64,000 bases of DNA from Octopus bimaculoides (lineage: Eukaryota), in NCBI RefSeq assembly GCF_001194135.2, contig NC_068984.1, forward strand, positions 45,419,128 through 45,483,127, given 5' to 3'. The notes under the pieces were generated by a model. That model was not told where the DNA came from, ran no database searches, and saw nothing but the letters and a program-made list of their open reading frames with translations. Position 1 is the stretch's first letter. The number at the start of each line of letters is the position of its first letter. Both the position numbers and the translations under genes were made by a program. This document shows positions 1 to 12,718 of the stretch, piece by piece.

Positions 1-32
<32 letters not shown>

Positions 33-556
33 TGTGTCTGTGTTTGTCCCTCCAGCTTCGCTTGACAACCGATGCTGGTGTATTTAGGTCCCCGTAACTT
101 AGCGGTTCGGCAAAAAGAGATCGATAGAATAAGTACTAGGCTTACAAAGAATAAGTCCTGGGGTCGATTTGCTCGACTAAAGGCGATGCTCCAGCATGGC
201 CGCAGTCAAATGACTGAAACAAGTAAAAGAGTAAAAGAGTAAAAAGAGAGAGTATATCGAGACATTACTGTAGTTAAAAATGGGGATATTGAAGAAACTA
301 AAGTGTAGCTGGTTAAACAAAGAGGCTGTTATGGAACTGTATGAAGACGCATCAGTACATACAATGCATACATAAATAAACAGATTTATAAATATACACA
401 TAGACATACACGTATTTGTATATCGTAAATAGCTCAAGATATCACAACACACATTTCAATAGCGTGATTATTTATTACCAAAAGTAAATATGTGGATGCG
501 CGTTGTTGTGTAACGTCTCACCCATTTCATCGAGTGATATTCAGCCGTCATACGGC

Positions 557-594
<38 letters not shown>

Positions 595-988
595 CTGGCA
601 AGAGTGGGTCGTTAAAATGTTCGCCTTGAAGCTACATGATTTCGAGCTCAAACCAACTGCGCAGCATATCTGGGGTAAGTGTCTGCTACTTACTATAGCT
701 CCAACCCGACCAATACCATATGAATAAGTTCGGCTGACGCAAGTTGTGTGGAACTCCGTCGTGCATCGTACATACATACATACATACATACATATGTGTG
801 TGTGCACGCGAGCGCGCGTGTGTATATATATATATATATGTGTATATATGTAGACGTAGGCATGACTGTATGGTAAGAAATTTGCTTCCAAACCACATGC
901 TTTCGGGTTCAGTCCCACTGCGTGGCACATTGAGCCAACCGAATTTGCTGACAAGGCTTCAGTAAATTGAAACTTAAAGAAACCCGTC

Positions 989-1024
<36 letters not shown>

Positions 1025-1531
1025 TACAATTAAAAGGGTAAAGGTTTATCAATTTATTAATTTATTAATAAATTAACAATTAATAATTTTTACCAAGTCC
1101 TTCGGTATGTAAACACCATTATCGGTGAAGAACTTNNNNNNNNNNNNNNNNNNNNNNNNNNNNNNNNNNNNNNNNNNNNNNNNNNNNNNNNNNNNNNNNN
1201 NNNNNNNNNNNNNNNNNNNNNNNNNNNNNNNNNNNNNNNNNNNNNNNNNNNNNNNNNNNNNNNNNNNNNNNNNNNNNNNNNNNNNNNNNNNNNNNNNNNN
1301 NNNNNNNNNNNNNNNNNNNNNNNNNNNNNNNNNNNNNNNNNNNNNNNNNNNNNNNNNNNNNNNNNNNNNNNNNNNNNNNNNNNNNNNNNNNNNNNNNNNN
1401 NNNNNNNNNNNNNNNNNNNNNNNNNNNNNNNNNNNNNNNNNNNNNNNCAATTCCCGGGCGTTATACTAATACATCTAATTGTTTTCTACACCACCTGTAT
1501 TCGTCTGTTTTTTTTTTTTGTGAATTCTCCC

Positions 1532-1564
<33 letters not shown>

Positions 1565-2359
1565 GTATGTATATATATATATATATAAATATTTTTTATA
1601 TACACATACATATATGTATATATACACATACACACATAATTGTGTATGTGTGCGTGCGTGCGTGTGTGTGTCTATTTTTTGCCAAACTGCTAAGTTACTG
1701 GTACATAGACACACCGACACCGGTTGTCAAGCGCTGATGGTGGGGGGAGGACAAACATGGACACAGGGACACACACACGCACGCACACACACACACGTAT
1801 ACATATATATATATATATATACTACAGGTTTCTTTCAGTTTCCGTCTTCCAACTCCACTCACAAAGGTTTGGTCGGCCTGAGAATATAGTAGAAGACACT
1901 TGTCGAAGGTCACATGGTAGGACTGAACCTGAAACCATGTGGTTGGGAAGCAAGCTTCTTACCACACAGCCACAGCTGCGCTTATGTATAATGCTATAAA
2001 GTCTGTGAATAGCTTCCACAAAAACATAAAGGCGACTCCATACTATCTGCACTTGTTAGTTTACATTGACCTTTGTAGGTCATCTTAGACAGGGTTACAG
2101 GTATTTACTGCTTCATGTTGGCGTTGTTGATGTGAGATTTGAAATGCTACAATTTTGTGGTTTGCATAGAAAATGTTAAGCGGAGACTGAATTGCAAAAA
2201 GAATGAAAATCTGGTAAAGAAGAATTTGGAAAGGAGTCTATGGGGTGGGAAACACTGTAGTTGACATTAAGGAACGAGGTAGATGCATAGAATAGCTTTA
2301 AAAGTCGGGTTTTCAAAAGAACATAGAGCATTAGTATAAAACTCGTACAAGAGGGGGAG

Positions 2360-2397
<38 letters not shown>

Positions 2398-2946
2398 GGG
2401 GGAGACAGGGTTAAGAAGAAGGAACATGTGAGTTAGATTAACGTTAGGCCAAGTGATTGTAGCGTGTTGGTAAGTATAGACATTGATAAAACTAGAATGC
2501 CTCTGTGTGTGTGTCTATAGTTTCAGTTATTCTAACAATATTCCAAATATGTTTAGCTTCGTTAAAGGTCACCAAGTACTCAGGGTTGAAGCATTTTCTA
2601 GTTCTATAGAAGCAAGTCAGTATTTGTGCAAATTGTAGTTGTGTGTGTGGCGGGGGGGGGATATAATACAAGATGCTGTTTCATCGAAAATCGTCTTCGT
2701 AAGTTGGCGAGTAACATTTGGTGCGTCGACATAATTTCAAGCTACGCCTGAGGTTCGTTCGTTTATTGGTAACTGAAGCGTTGTGACGCTTGGCTCAATT
2801 TCTCACATGAGAGATTTTAGGCATGGAATTCATGTCGGAAATAGAATCAGAACATTGTTATTACGTTCGCACAAATAAGAAAGACTCATCGTGAACCATT
2901 TGATTTTTTCTTTCGTATTAAACTGTACTCTAAAATAATAATGTGC

Positions 2947-3314
2947 GGATCTTTTTGGTTTGACGGGCAACACTTGTTTTCTTAATGAAACACTTTCAAA
3001 CTTGGGGTACTGGTAGAATGTGTCATATAAAACATCTTTTTCTCTTAGCCTTCTTAACAAAAATTAGTTCCTAATAAGTTATGTCATGTTAAAGTTGTCG
3101 TATTTCTGTAATTTCAACCAATCACTGACGTCTATTCAGCTGAATACAGTTACTGCTCTTTTTATAAACAATAAATTTTTACCGGTGTCAAGAGTGTTAT
3201 TCCCTGTTTAATTATATCATTATTCCCTAGTAAGGGTTTAGGGTTTTAGGGTTAGGGTTCGAGTTTTAGAGTTAGGGTTAGGGTTAGGGGTTGCCCGTCA
3301 AACCAAAAAGATCC
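2947..3314. mobile_element. Foldback/MITE with perfect 25-bp inverted repeats and internal TTAGGG repeats
   Basis: GGATCTTTTTGGTTTGACGGGCAAC at 2947-2971, reverse complement at 3290-3314; degenerate (TTAGGG)n at about 3231-3290. Confidence 0.7.
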
Positions 3315-3327
3315 TAATGTGCCTGTG

Positions 3328-3379
<52 letters not shown>

Positions 3380-3519
3380 ATCCTAGTTATGTACGAGCAC
3401 AGTCTGTGCACGCAAATGAACACACTCACGCACAAAAAGAAAGTGCAAATTACCATTTGAAAAGCTATGCTTTATCAACCTTCAAGATTTAAAAAAATAT
3501 CATCGACATATAATTTTAC

Positions 3520-4080
3520 TACAAATTTGAACAAATTGCCTCTGATGGTATGACCGAACTTTCAAAGGGTGTTGAGGTTATACTGAACGAAGATGAATCG
3601 CTAAATCAAATTTTCGAAAATTTATTGGATCTTTGAAACTTAACAGACTAAAGAATTAATACCAACGATGGTGATTGTATAAATTAAGAAACTGCCAATA
3701 TGTTTTATGAGTAAACAGTCACTTAGCAAAACATTTATTTCTACGATGATGAAAACAATCAATTCAATTATCCAATGGAGTTCCTAAACAACTGCAACTT
3801 CGATAGAGGTTCCACTCCATCTTTCAGACGTTGATCTTGAAAATCACTGATGCTGCAATGCTGCAATGCTAGGGCTTCGCAATAAAACAAGAATTTGAAT
3901 AACCCACTTTCATACGTGTATGATTGAAAACGACATTATTACAAAAGGTGAACATTATGGAACCCGAGTCATTCTGCCAAGAATTACTCTCAGATCATCA
4001 AATGTTACTCTGCCATTTTACTCATACGCGATTCCAATTTGTATGAGTCTCGTAATGACAGTCAATAATGTCAGTCATTT
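3520..4080 (+). mobile_element. Decayed Helitron Pif1-like helicase fragment
   Basis: Broken frames read NYPMEFLNN and IENDIITKGEHYGTRVILPRITLRSSNVTLPF...IPICMSLVMTVN, matching the Helitron YP.EFLN and IPRI.L...LPF...FP..LAFAMTINK motifs. Confidence 0.8.
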
Positions 4081-4161
4081 AATAAAATAACTTCTTCTTA
4101 CTCACTGATCTAATTTACACCGGAGTTCTATGCAGTTGTAGCTAGCTCTTCCAGGAATTAT

Positions 4162-4856
4162 AGGGCTTTCCTATAAGTAGGTTATCTCCCTTGGCTAGGC
4201 GGCGCTCCATGTAGATAATTAAACTTCCGGAGGCTAACCCACGCCATTGTTATTGTTGATGATTCAGCTATCGAAGTACTTACTGTGCCTGAGTTAAAGA
4301 AATATTTAAGATTATATGGACAGTATGTTACTGGAAGAAAGGCGGACTTGATTGAAAGGTTGAAAGGTATAAAAATTCTGTCGATATGTCAACAAAGTAA
4401 ATTCATCGGACGATAAGTCTGAAGTATCGGACGATACTTCAGACAGGAATAAGCAGAAGCTTATATCTCCTCTCGGTGAAGTATTGCCTGACCTAAAGAT
4501 CTTTGTAAGTTGCCGAATTTCACAGATAATGACATAATTACCTCGTGCTACGGATGAAAGCAAAGTAACAGTTAAGGAGTGGCATATTTTACCACGACAG
4601 ACACGTACACAGCATCGAATACCACGATGTGAGTGAAAGCTGTTCTCACTGTATTGTCCGGTGTCTGGTAATCCCTTCGATACCGACATCAAACCAAAAA
4701 AAGAATCCTGACCACAGAGTGTGGGTAATTATGTCAAATGTCACTGGCAATGTGCATTCAGCTGATTGCAGCTGTTAAAGCAAGTCACTGAGCATGCGTA
4801 CATGTCATACGGGAGAGTTCCATTCAGAGGTGGATAACACCTTATAGGAAAGCCCT
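4162..4856 (+). mobile_element. Internally deleted TIR DNA transposon with SAP and SWIM-start coding relics (ISL2EU-like)
   Basis: TATAGGGCTTTCCTATAAG (4159-4177) perfectly inverted at 4841-4859; AT on both flanks; LTVPELKKYLRLYGQYVTGRKADLIERL (from 4261) and HVHSIEYH...VWVIMSNVTGNVHSADCSC (4602-4775). Confidence 0.72.
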
Positions 4857-5018
4857 ATAGAGAGTGCTGCAGGAATTGTGACGATGTCGGAAGATGTCAC
4901 CAATCCTATGTACAATCAAGTTTTGTTAACTTTTGTACCATCCAAATATTTAATTTAGAAAACTTTACAGATGCATATGCGTTTTAGTACTGTTTAATCT
5001 GATTCAGTTTTACTGTTT

Positions 5019-5020
<2 letters not shown>

Positions 5021-5069
<49 letters not shown>

Positions 5070-5301
5070 GTAATAATAGTCAACGACTATGACAGTAACT
5101 ACTGCTGCCGAATAAAGTGTGAGCAGACACTTTCGTATCATATAGGAAAATATTTCAAGCATTGGAGATTGTAACTTCATCGAAAGAATATCTGAGATTG
5201 TCGACTGACGTGGACACTTCACCTGAAAGAACTAGTAGCCAAATCTCCCTTCAATTTGCACCCTTAAATATGAAGGGACCTATTTGGGATGTGTAGTTTG
5301 G

Positions 5302-5370
<69 letters not shown>
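5021..5370. repeat. Two (AAT)n microsatellites (about 5021-5080 and 5302-5370)
   Basis: Read directly; they explain the poly-Y and poly-I ORFs. Confidence 0.95.
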
Positions 5371-5874
5371 GAAAAAAGACAGATGATTGCTGTGAGAAAG
5401 CCTTTCATCATACGTCGGCTCGTTCAGGATCGATCTAAAGATAAACAATATCAAAATACGGATATATGATTCAACGAAGGAGCCTCTGCTTGTTCGCTCA
5501 ATCTGCTACAAATAGCAGTTAAACTCCTTTTCAAATCTATACATACTATCTTATACAAATAAAAGGAAGGTATATTGGATAATGTAATCCTAAATATATT
5601 ATAACTAGATATTAAATATAAAAAATAAGTGGGATGATCACAGTTAAGACCTCTTAGTCATAGATATTTGCTCGTTCTGAGTTGAATTGGACTAAACAAT
5701 AACAATAGCAATAACAACAGCAACAATGTTCAGTTTCCCACGATGGAGTAGTCTCGTGTTGTCTATATATTGGTGAGTAAGTCGTTAGTGCGGATGTAGC
5801 AATATTCGAGCAAAATTAGGCAACGTACAACACAGCATAGAAATTTATTAAGGCTATATGAGAAGCCGTGTTGG

Positions 5875-6400
5875 ACAAGGTGTATTCCAGAAGTTCTGAG
5901 ACTTTCGGGAGAGAAATTTATTAATTTCAAAGTACAAAACTCTATTCTTTTTTAAAGCAGGATCCGCCAACTTCGTGAAGGCCCCATGGAAGTCCCCCAA
6001 AATGAAGGTGTCCAGAAAATTTTTCATGGCCTCCTTCATCTTAGGGAACGACCAAAAGTCACAAGGAGCAAGGTTTGGACTGTAGGAAGGGCGAGGGACA
6101 GTTTTGACGCCCGTCTTTGATAAGTAATTGATTGCCAGGATGGAATCGTGAACTAGTGCATTGTCCTTGTGCAGGTGCAAAAATGCAGCGAAATCTCTTC
6201 CTGAATTCACTCAAAACTTCCACTAAGTACTCTTTGTTGACCTTCTGGCCAGAAGGGCCCGCTGGATATAGATGATGCCCTTACTGTCAAAAACGAGGGA
6301 TCATCATGAGCTTCCTGGTGGACTTGCTTTGCCTAGCCTCTTGTGCCAGTGAAAAACATGCTCAGTTCCTACAAATTGATGCATAAGCAGTCTGGAGTAT
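5875..6400 (-). mobile_element. Mariner transposase C-terminal remnant
   Basis: KDNALVH and PRPSYSPNLAPCDFWSFPKMK correspond to mariner HDNAP.H and YSPDLAP.DF motifs; upstream FDSKGII-like segment. Confidence 0.9.
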
Positions 6401-6411
6401 TTCATAAGTTT

Positions 6412-6647
6412 CTTATTTCTTTATTGCCCACAAGGGGCTAAACATAGATGGGACAAACAAGGCCAGACAAAGGGATTAAGTCGATTAGATCGACCCCAGT
6501 GCCTAACTGGTACTTACTTTATCTTCCTCGAAAGGGTGAAAAGCAAAGTCGATCTCGGTGGAATTTGAACTCAGAACGTAACGGCAGACGAAATACTGCT
6601 AAGCATTTCGCCCGGCGTGCTAACGATTCTGCCAGCTCGCCACCTTA
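6412..6647 (-). mobile_element. tRNA-derived SINE family B
   Basis: Head GGCGAGCTGGCAGAATCGTTAG...GAGTTCAAATTCC; other copies at about 16886-17096, 17387-17575, 48865-49068, 53452-53660 and 63690-63850. Confidence 0.8.
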
Positions 6648-7894
6648 AACCTATTTCATAAGTTTCTGTAATGTTTTGGCCCAGTTTAACACAAAACTTT
6701 ATTGCTAATCAAGCTTCCAAATTGTCTTCACGTCCCGACTGCATTCTACGAAATAGTCAGTTGTGACAAGTAGTGCTTAGTAAGATGTATTGAAAGTGCT
6801 GTTGCAGCCGTCTCCTTGAATCTGGAATAGTAAAAGTTGACAGGTCACCTTGTTAGATGCATACCAAAATTACAATAATCTAGGACAATTATAACTACCT
6901 CTCCTAAAACTAAAGTTTCAAAACCTCTGGAATGCACGTCGTAAATTAGTTTGTGGTAACTGCCTGAACTTTAACACGAATAGACAGTTACCAGAAAGTA
7001 AATACATATGTATGCATGTGTGTGCATATATGCATGCACATGTGATGTTCCTTCGTTATATGTATTTGCATCAGTACAATCCTTGTAAATTTCGTCAATA
7101 CTGCTTCCGGTATGCGATGTATGTAAGGACTTTCGCACCAAATTCTTACAGACAAAATCCTGAGACCGTATAGTAATATCAGTTGGAACATATTTTAACT
7201 GTTTGATGTCTCGGTAGTGGTTTCTCAGACATATATCACCACAGTCGATGCACATAATCAGACGGATCGTGTACCTGGTGTCGAGTGAGTCGATAAGGTG
7301 ACCGCGGATCATTTCTATTTAAACTCATTAAACGACTGTAATTCTTCCAGCGTTAAAATAATTTTCTCGTTCTTATTTTCCTGATTATGTAACAATTCTG
7401 TGTTGTTCTTTCAAGCACAGTATAGAATAAAACGATTGCAGAAATTCATTAGACTAAGGAATTCACGTAATTTTCGTAACGAAGTGGAGGCTGAGAACTG
7501 CATCTACTTTTTCCATCAAGGGAGAATACCATTGCTATCAATGATATGGTTTTAAAAGCTTAAAGACAAAACAAAGAGACGTTTGCTAGGATTAATCACC
7601 ATGTTGTAATGTAATAGTCTAATAAAGTGTTGATTTAGATTATGTTCATACTCTGATTCTAAAGTATTGCCAGTCAACAAATCAACGATATAAGAAAAAC
7701 AAAATTCAAACCGTGAGTCACTTCATCAATAAATCAGTGGGAGGAATTTGCATAATTGCTGAGCCCAACATTTTTATCCAAAACGTATGGTTATAACAGC
7801 TTTATGAATATCACTGGGCTCTGTTGGAATATAGTTGTATGCATGAAATAAATTAATACTTGAAGAAACTGTAGCATCATGTAGAGAAGGTAAG

Positions 7895-9350
7895 AAAACT
7901 TAAATGCAAAGAATAAGATATTTATCCGGCACCATTCTGGAATTTAACATTCTGTAGTTTTCACAGGGACGCATATCATTTTCGGACTTTATCGGAACCA
8001 TACATAGAGGAGAAGCCTTATTACTAGAAAAATGTTGAATAATACCATGCTGTAAGATGAAGCCTAATTTCTCTTTTGCAATTTTCATTCTGTCTGAAGC
8101 AAGATGTCTCGGACAAGCGACGTCATTTGCTGAAAATCGGGCGTGTGATGTCCAGAAATCAACTAAAAAGAGCATAATTATTGATCGATTAGAAACTATG
8201 AAGAAAAGAAGACTGATAGTAGCAGTCTTTGCACTAATGCTGTGTGTCAATAATTTAATCGTAGAATCAATTTTTTTTTTTTTTTTTATTCAGCTGGGAA
8301 ACCAAAATGATGATGAAGATCAGTACCGACAATTGGGTACAGAAGATCGGTTGTGACGAAAATCCATTTGAAAACTTAATGTAAATTCAAGTCCAATGGG
8401 CATTGCTGAATGGTTTACAGCTTGCAAAGTAACTGCTGTCAGCTGTCGTGTGCCTTGTAAACAAGCTGTAATGCCAAACACTGCAGCCAGCACCAGTATT
8501 GACTAGGAAGTGTGNNNNNNNNNNNNNNNNNNNNNNNNNNNNNNNNNNNNNNNNNNNNNNNNNNNNNNNNNNNNNNNNNNNNNNNNNNNNNNNNNNNNNN
8601 NNNNNNNNNNNNNNNNNNNNNNNNNNNNNNNNNNNTTTCGAAGAAGAATCCAAAACTTAAAATAAGCGACTTTCCGTAGAACTACCAGGTGATGAATTCG
8701 CTGCTAATCCCTCGAGTCTGCGTGCCTGTTGCTTTGAAGCAGATTGAAAGGAACCACATGAAAACAACGGTAAATATTCGGACCGAATCTGTAATGATAC
8801 CAATACTGTGTATGATAATTTTCACGCGAGAACTAGAGAATTGGTTTTAGCGTCGAATTTCTGAAAGGGGAGGTCGAACATGCGGGAAAATGTAGTGTTT
8901 TGAGTTGTTCCTTTTTTTTTTTATTTTCGTGAATACCTAAATCTTGTCTTCGGAAAACTTACGGAACGCCACCAACTCTGAAGAAATAAATGAAGTAGAG
9001 GAAGCTGGAAGTGAAATGTCGATAATGCCATCAACTAGAGCTGAGATCCATTATTGATGCAAAAATTCCCTGTATATTCAGTGGCAAACATGGCAGGAAT
9101 GAATAATTGTTTCATAAAAGATTCCTCCAAGGAATTATTTTCTAACAACTGCCTCATTTCTTGCAGGAGTTGTGACGGCTTTTTATCTCCTAAAGTTTCA
9201 CTGTGTTGAAGTTGATCTAAACACTTTTGCTAGGAGCTGAATGCGCGCTTTAATACCTCTAATTAAATTTTCTGAAATGGTTCCTGTAGGAGCAGTAATT
9301 AAGTCCTTTACTTTACTGCTTCAGGCTGACAGAAGGACGTTCATTAACAA
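7895..9350 (-). mobile_element. Decayed Ty3/Gypsy gag-protease-RT fragment (contains a gap)
   Basis: gag LGDKKPSQLLQEMRQL (about 9140-9200), YWYHYRFG (about 8790), protease FLVNTGAGCSV (about 8510), RT ASPLCMVPIK..DMRPCENYRMLN...VPDKY (about 8010-7915), in the expected order. Confidence 0.88.
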
Positions 9351-9449
9351 ATTGATCTGGTGAGATTCTGACTGAAAAGTGTGCTTCCAACTTAACAGTG
9401 AGGATTGAATAAGAGGTGGAACTATTACCGTATTTCATAAAATTAAGAT

Positions 9450-10050
9450 GATTTCTTCTAACTTGTAAAATTTGTCAATCAGCGTGGTGAAGAAACATTT
9501 TATGGATACAAATTATTTTGGCATCTCGTTAATGACGAGTGAGAGGGTGTAGACAAATTTCCCTGGTATTTGTGGGGCGAGGGGGCCAGTACATGTTTGT
9601 TTCAGAAACATTGCCCTAGAACTCAGTAGTATGGATCTGTTAGAGTTAGCAATTGAAGTAAAGCTGTAAAATCGACTGGTGTTTTATTGGCCTTCATTAC
9701 TGAGTATGCTCTCCTGATCTGGGGTATATCAAACAGATTAGCAGGTTTGTAGTAAGGCTCCAGCAGAGCTTTGAACCATCGCTCTCAGATTTTTCCTGTT
9801 AAGGACCTACCATACTGCCATAAAAGGCAATAAATCACCATAAAATACAATGGCTCGACCAGTCAGCGTTGACTAACTTATGAATGATGCAACGAACTTC
9901 AAAGGAAGTGTGCGAATTTTTCTATTAAACAGCTGGATCGAAAGTTCTGGAAAATTTCGTTTACGATTATAAAAAATTGGCGAATTCAACTTCAGATAAG
10001 AGCCACTCAGCAGTCCACGCAGAACTTAGTATCTTTACTGGGTGATTTGG
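9450..10050 (-). mobile_element. Possible decayed BEL/Pao gag-like fragment
   Basis: Weak motif echoes across several broken frames (IEKFAHFL*SSL, STLTGRA, ERWFKALLEPY); multiple stops and frameshifts. Confidence 0.3.
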
Positions 10051-11090
10051 TCTCAGCGTCTTTTACTTTTCCTACTTAACATTCTTGTGCCGTGTTCGAC
10101 AAAGGTCTCAATCTTGAGTTTTAATATCGAATCTCGCTTATATATTACTTACATGCTGTAATTTAACCTTCATTTATTTCATCTGTCTTCTATAACTATA
10201 AACTACCTTGATAATATTATTTAGAATGTTGTACTACAGAAGATCCCAAATTTATTATCTCATGAACGTTGTTCCATAAATCAAATAATTATACACAGGT
10301 TAATATGATACAAGTTAATAAAAATGTATAAAAACTCAACTATTAGTGTGGTCATTCCTGTCTTCATGCGCAGCCTAATATTATGAACTACTAAGGACAA
10401 TTAATGCTTTACACTAAAAATGTAATATGTCACTCGATTTAACACTAACATCTGGTCTTTGCATGGCTACAAATTAATCAGCTACTCCGCGCATTTATAC
10501 CAGGTCTCTGGTCTTCCTGCCAGTCATGTAGATCCTGCAAAGCTTTCCCGGCACTGCCCTTCCTCTGAAAAAAATAATGAATAATAAAATATAAAATAAG
10601 ATGTACTTGACGCTACAAAAAAAAACGGAAAAGGCTTGGTATCAGCTAATATGGACAACGGAAGTTTGAGAAGCGATTAAGTTTTAATTTTTTATTTAAT
10701 ACGCTGTTTGACATCCTAACATCCCACCTAATGTCTTTCCTAAATTGAATTTTAATTCAATAATTATTGTTTCTAACATAGACAAAAAGCCAGTTGTGGA
10801 AACTGCATTGAACATTTCAACTTCATTAAACTAACCAATGAGGGAGTTTCAGCGTACTCACTCTGAAAACCCTTATATTGCATTTACAGCTTCAAATACA
10901 CTGTAACTCAATAAAAGACTGTATGATCACAGCTAGAACACTTTTGACCGTACGTCTCTCAATCAAGACTGGCCTGGGGCCAAGCAACTGTAACAACAAA
11001 ACCTGAGCTTCCTCCATTGTAAATTACGGAACCAGAAAGATATCAGCTCAACATGTCAAGCTAAAAGAAAGAAAAAGAGAAAGAAAGAAG

Positions 11091-11143
<53 letters not shown>

Positions 11144-11560
11144 GCTAGAATGAATGAATGAATTAATTAATTAATTAAAGGAAAGAAAGAAACGTAGATA
11201 TCAAAATATGGACTATGTGGTGAACATGTAGTACATAGTATTTAGTTTATTCTGTGGTTTGTATCTGAGTCACACAGAGCCGATGGCAGAAAGGAAATTG
11301 TCAAATCTGATAGCAAGGTCATTTTATTTGAAGGCTGATTCACTTACCAGCAACCTACGGTGGATTCTCTGTCAGCGTAATATAATGTGACAAGACTGGA
11401 CCTTTGAATCACAGATATAATCTTGAGAAAGTACAGAAGTTCAGCTCTCAGGACTAGACTGCTCTCTTTGTGGACACTAAAAGGATAAAAGGTAGAGCTG
11501 ACCTCAACAGAATTTGAACTCAGAAGGCTAAAATGAATATACTAGCTGCTCCTTCTACGG

Positions 11561-11955
11561 CGGTGGTTCTCAACCATTTGTGACCCCCTCCTGAGTGTCA
11601 ATATAAGATTTGCGGGGAGGGATCCACGCGGGCAAAATAGTAAATTGGGTACCTACAGCAGTATTTTAAAGGTCCACGAAAAAAAAAATTGTTTTGGTTG
11701 TTTTTATTGCAAGAAACAACGAAGTATTTTTCTTTAATGTCTCGTGCAGTTCAACATATTTTCGGCGACTGAAGCATGTTCTCTCAGAGAGTAATTATCG
11801 CAAATTTACACAAATGAATGAGTGAAAAACAAAATCAGAATGTTGAAAAAAGTATCTATAAAACTAGTTTTTAAACATCGAATAGTTATGGGGTCCACCA
11901 GATTAAGATAGAAGTCGAAAGGATCCGTCGGTAAAATAATAGTTGAGAATCATTG
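11561..11955. mobile_element. Degenerate hAT-type MITE
   Basis: CGGTGGTTCTCAACC ... AGTTGAGAATCATTG; imperfect 8-bp TSD TTCTACGG/ATCTACAG; a related copy at about 27493-27748. Confidence 0.65.
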
Positions 11956-12206
11956 ATCTACAGCGACTACAATTGTTACACTTCATCTGAATTAGTTAAT
12001 TTCATACTCATCTTTTTTCTCAATATCATTCATATTGTATCTCACTTCCCGCATCACGCACTTAACATCTAACTCCAGTCTTTCGTCTCTCAAACTGTCG
12101 TCCCCCAGAATCACACGCACACACACAGTTATCATTTTTCTCTGCCGACATCGACTTAAACATATTTTAACTCAAAATGAACTGCATTTATAATACCAGC
12201 CTAAGT

Positions 12207-12428
12207 AGGCTGCGAGCTGGCAGAACCGTTATCATGCCGGGTAAAATGCTTAGCGGCATTTCGTCCGACTTTACGTTCTGAGCTCAAAATTCCGTTGAAG
12301 TCGACTTTGTCTTTCATCCTTTCAGGGCTCAATAAAAAAAAGTACCAGATGAACACTGGGGTTGAGATAATCGATTTATCCACTCCCCCGAACTTGCTGG
12401 CCTTGTGCCAAAAATTGAAACTAATATT
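12207..12428 (+). mobile_element. SINE family B
   Basis: GCGAGCTGGCAGAACCGTTATC...GAAGTCGACTTTGTCTTTCATCCTTTC. Confidence 0.75.
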
Positions 12429-12622
12429 ACCGGCCTAGGTTGATCTACAAACGTCATAGTTACCATCTCCAAGCCATTTAAATGCACAAGTTTCCGATAT
12501 CCAAGTGGCTAAAAAAAATGACAGCAGAAGGGCACCCGGGAGTCATGACCTAGACTGCAACCTTTAGATTGTAAGAAGTTAAGGACCGAAATATTTACCC
12601 GAAGGTTCTTCCCTGAAGACCT

Positions 12623-12661
<39 letters not shown>

Positions 12662-12669
12662 CTCTCTCT

Positions 12670-12718
<49 letters not shown>

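Noticed and set aside
521-551. Minus-strand MTAEYHSMKW followed by GTGAGA
   Set aside because: Too short, adjacent to a microsatellite, with no supporting homology or partner exon.
2672-2705. ATG...TC/GTAAGT resembling the first exon of a plus-strand gene in a CpG-richer patch
   Set aside because: Only about 9 codons, no recognisable peptide and no downstream exons found.
2830-3060. 76-aa minus-strand ORF
   Set aside because: Runs through the foldback arm and has no recognisable domain.
9513-10025. Possible long open frame or endogenous viral gene
   Set aside because: Careful translation shows five internal stops; kept only as a weak retroelement relic.
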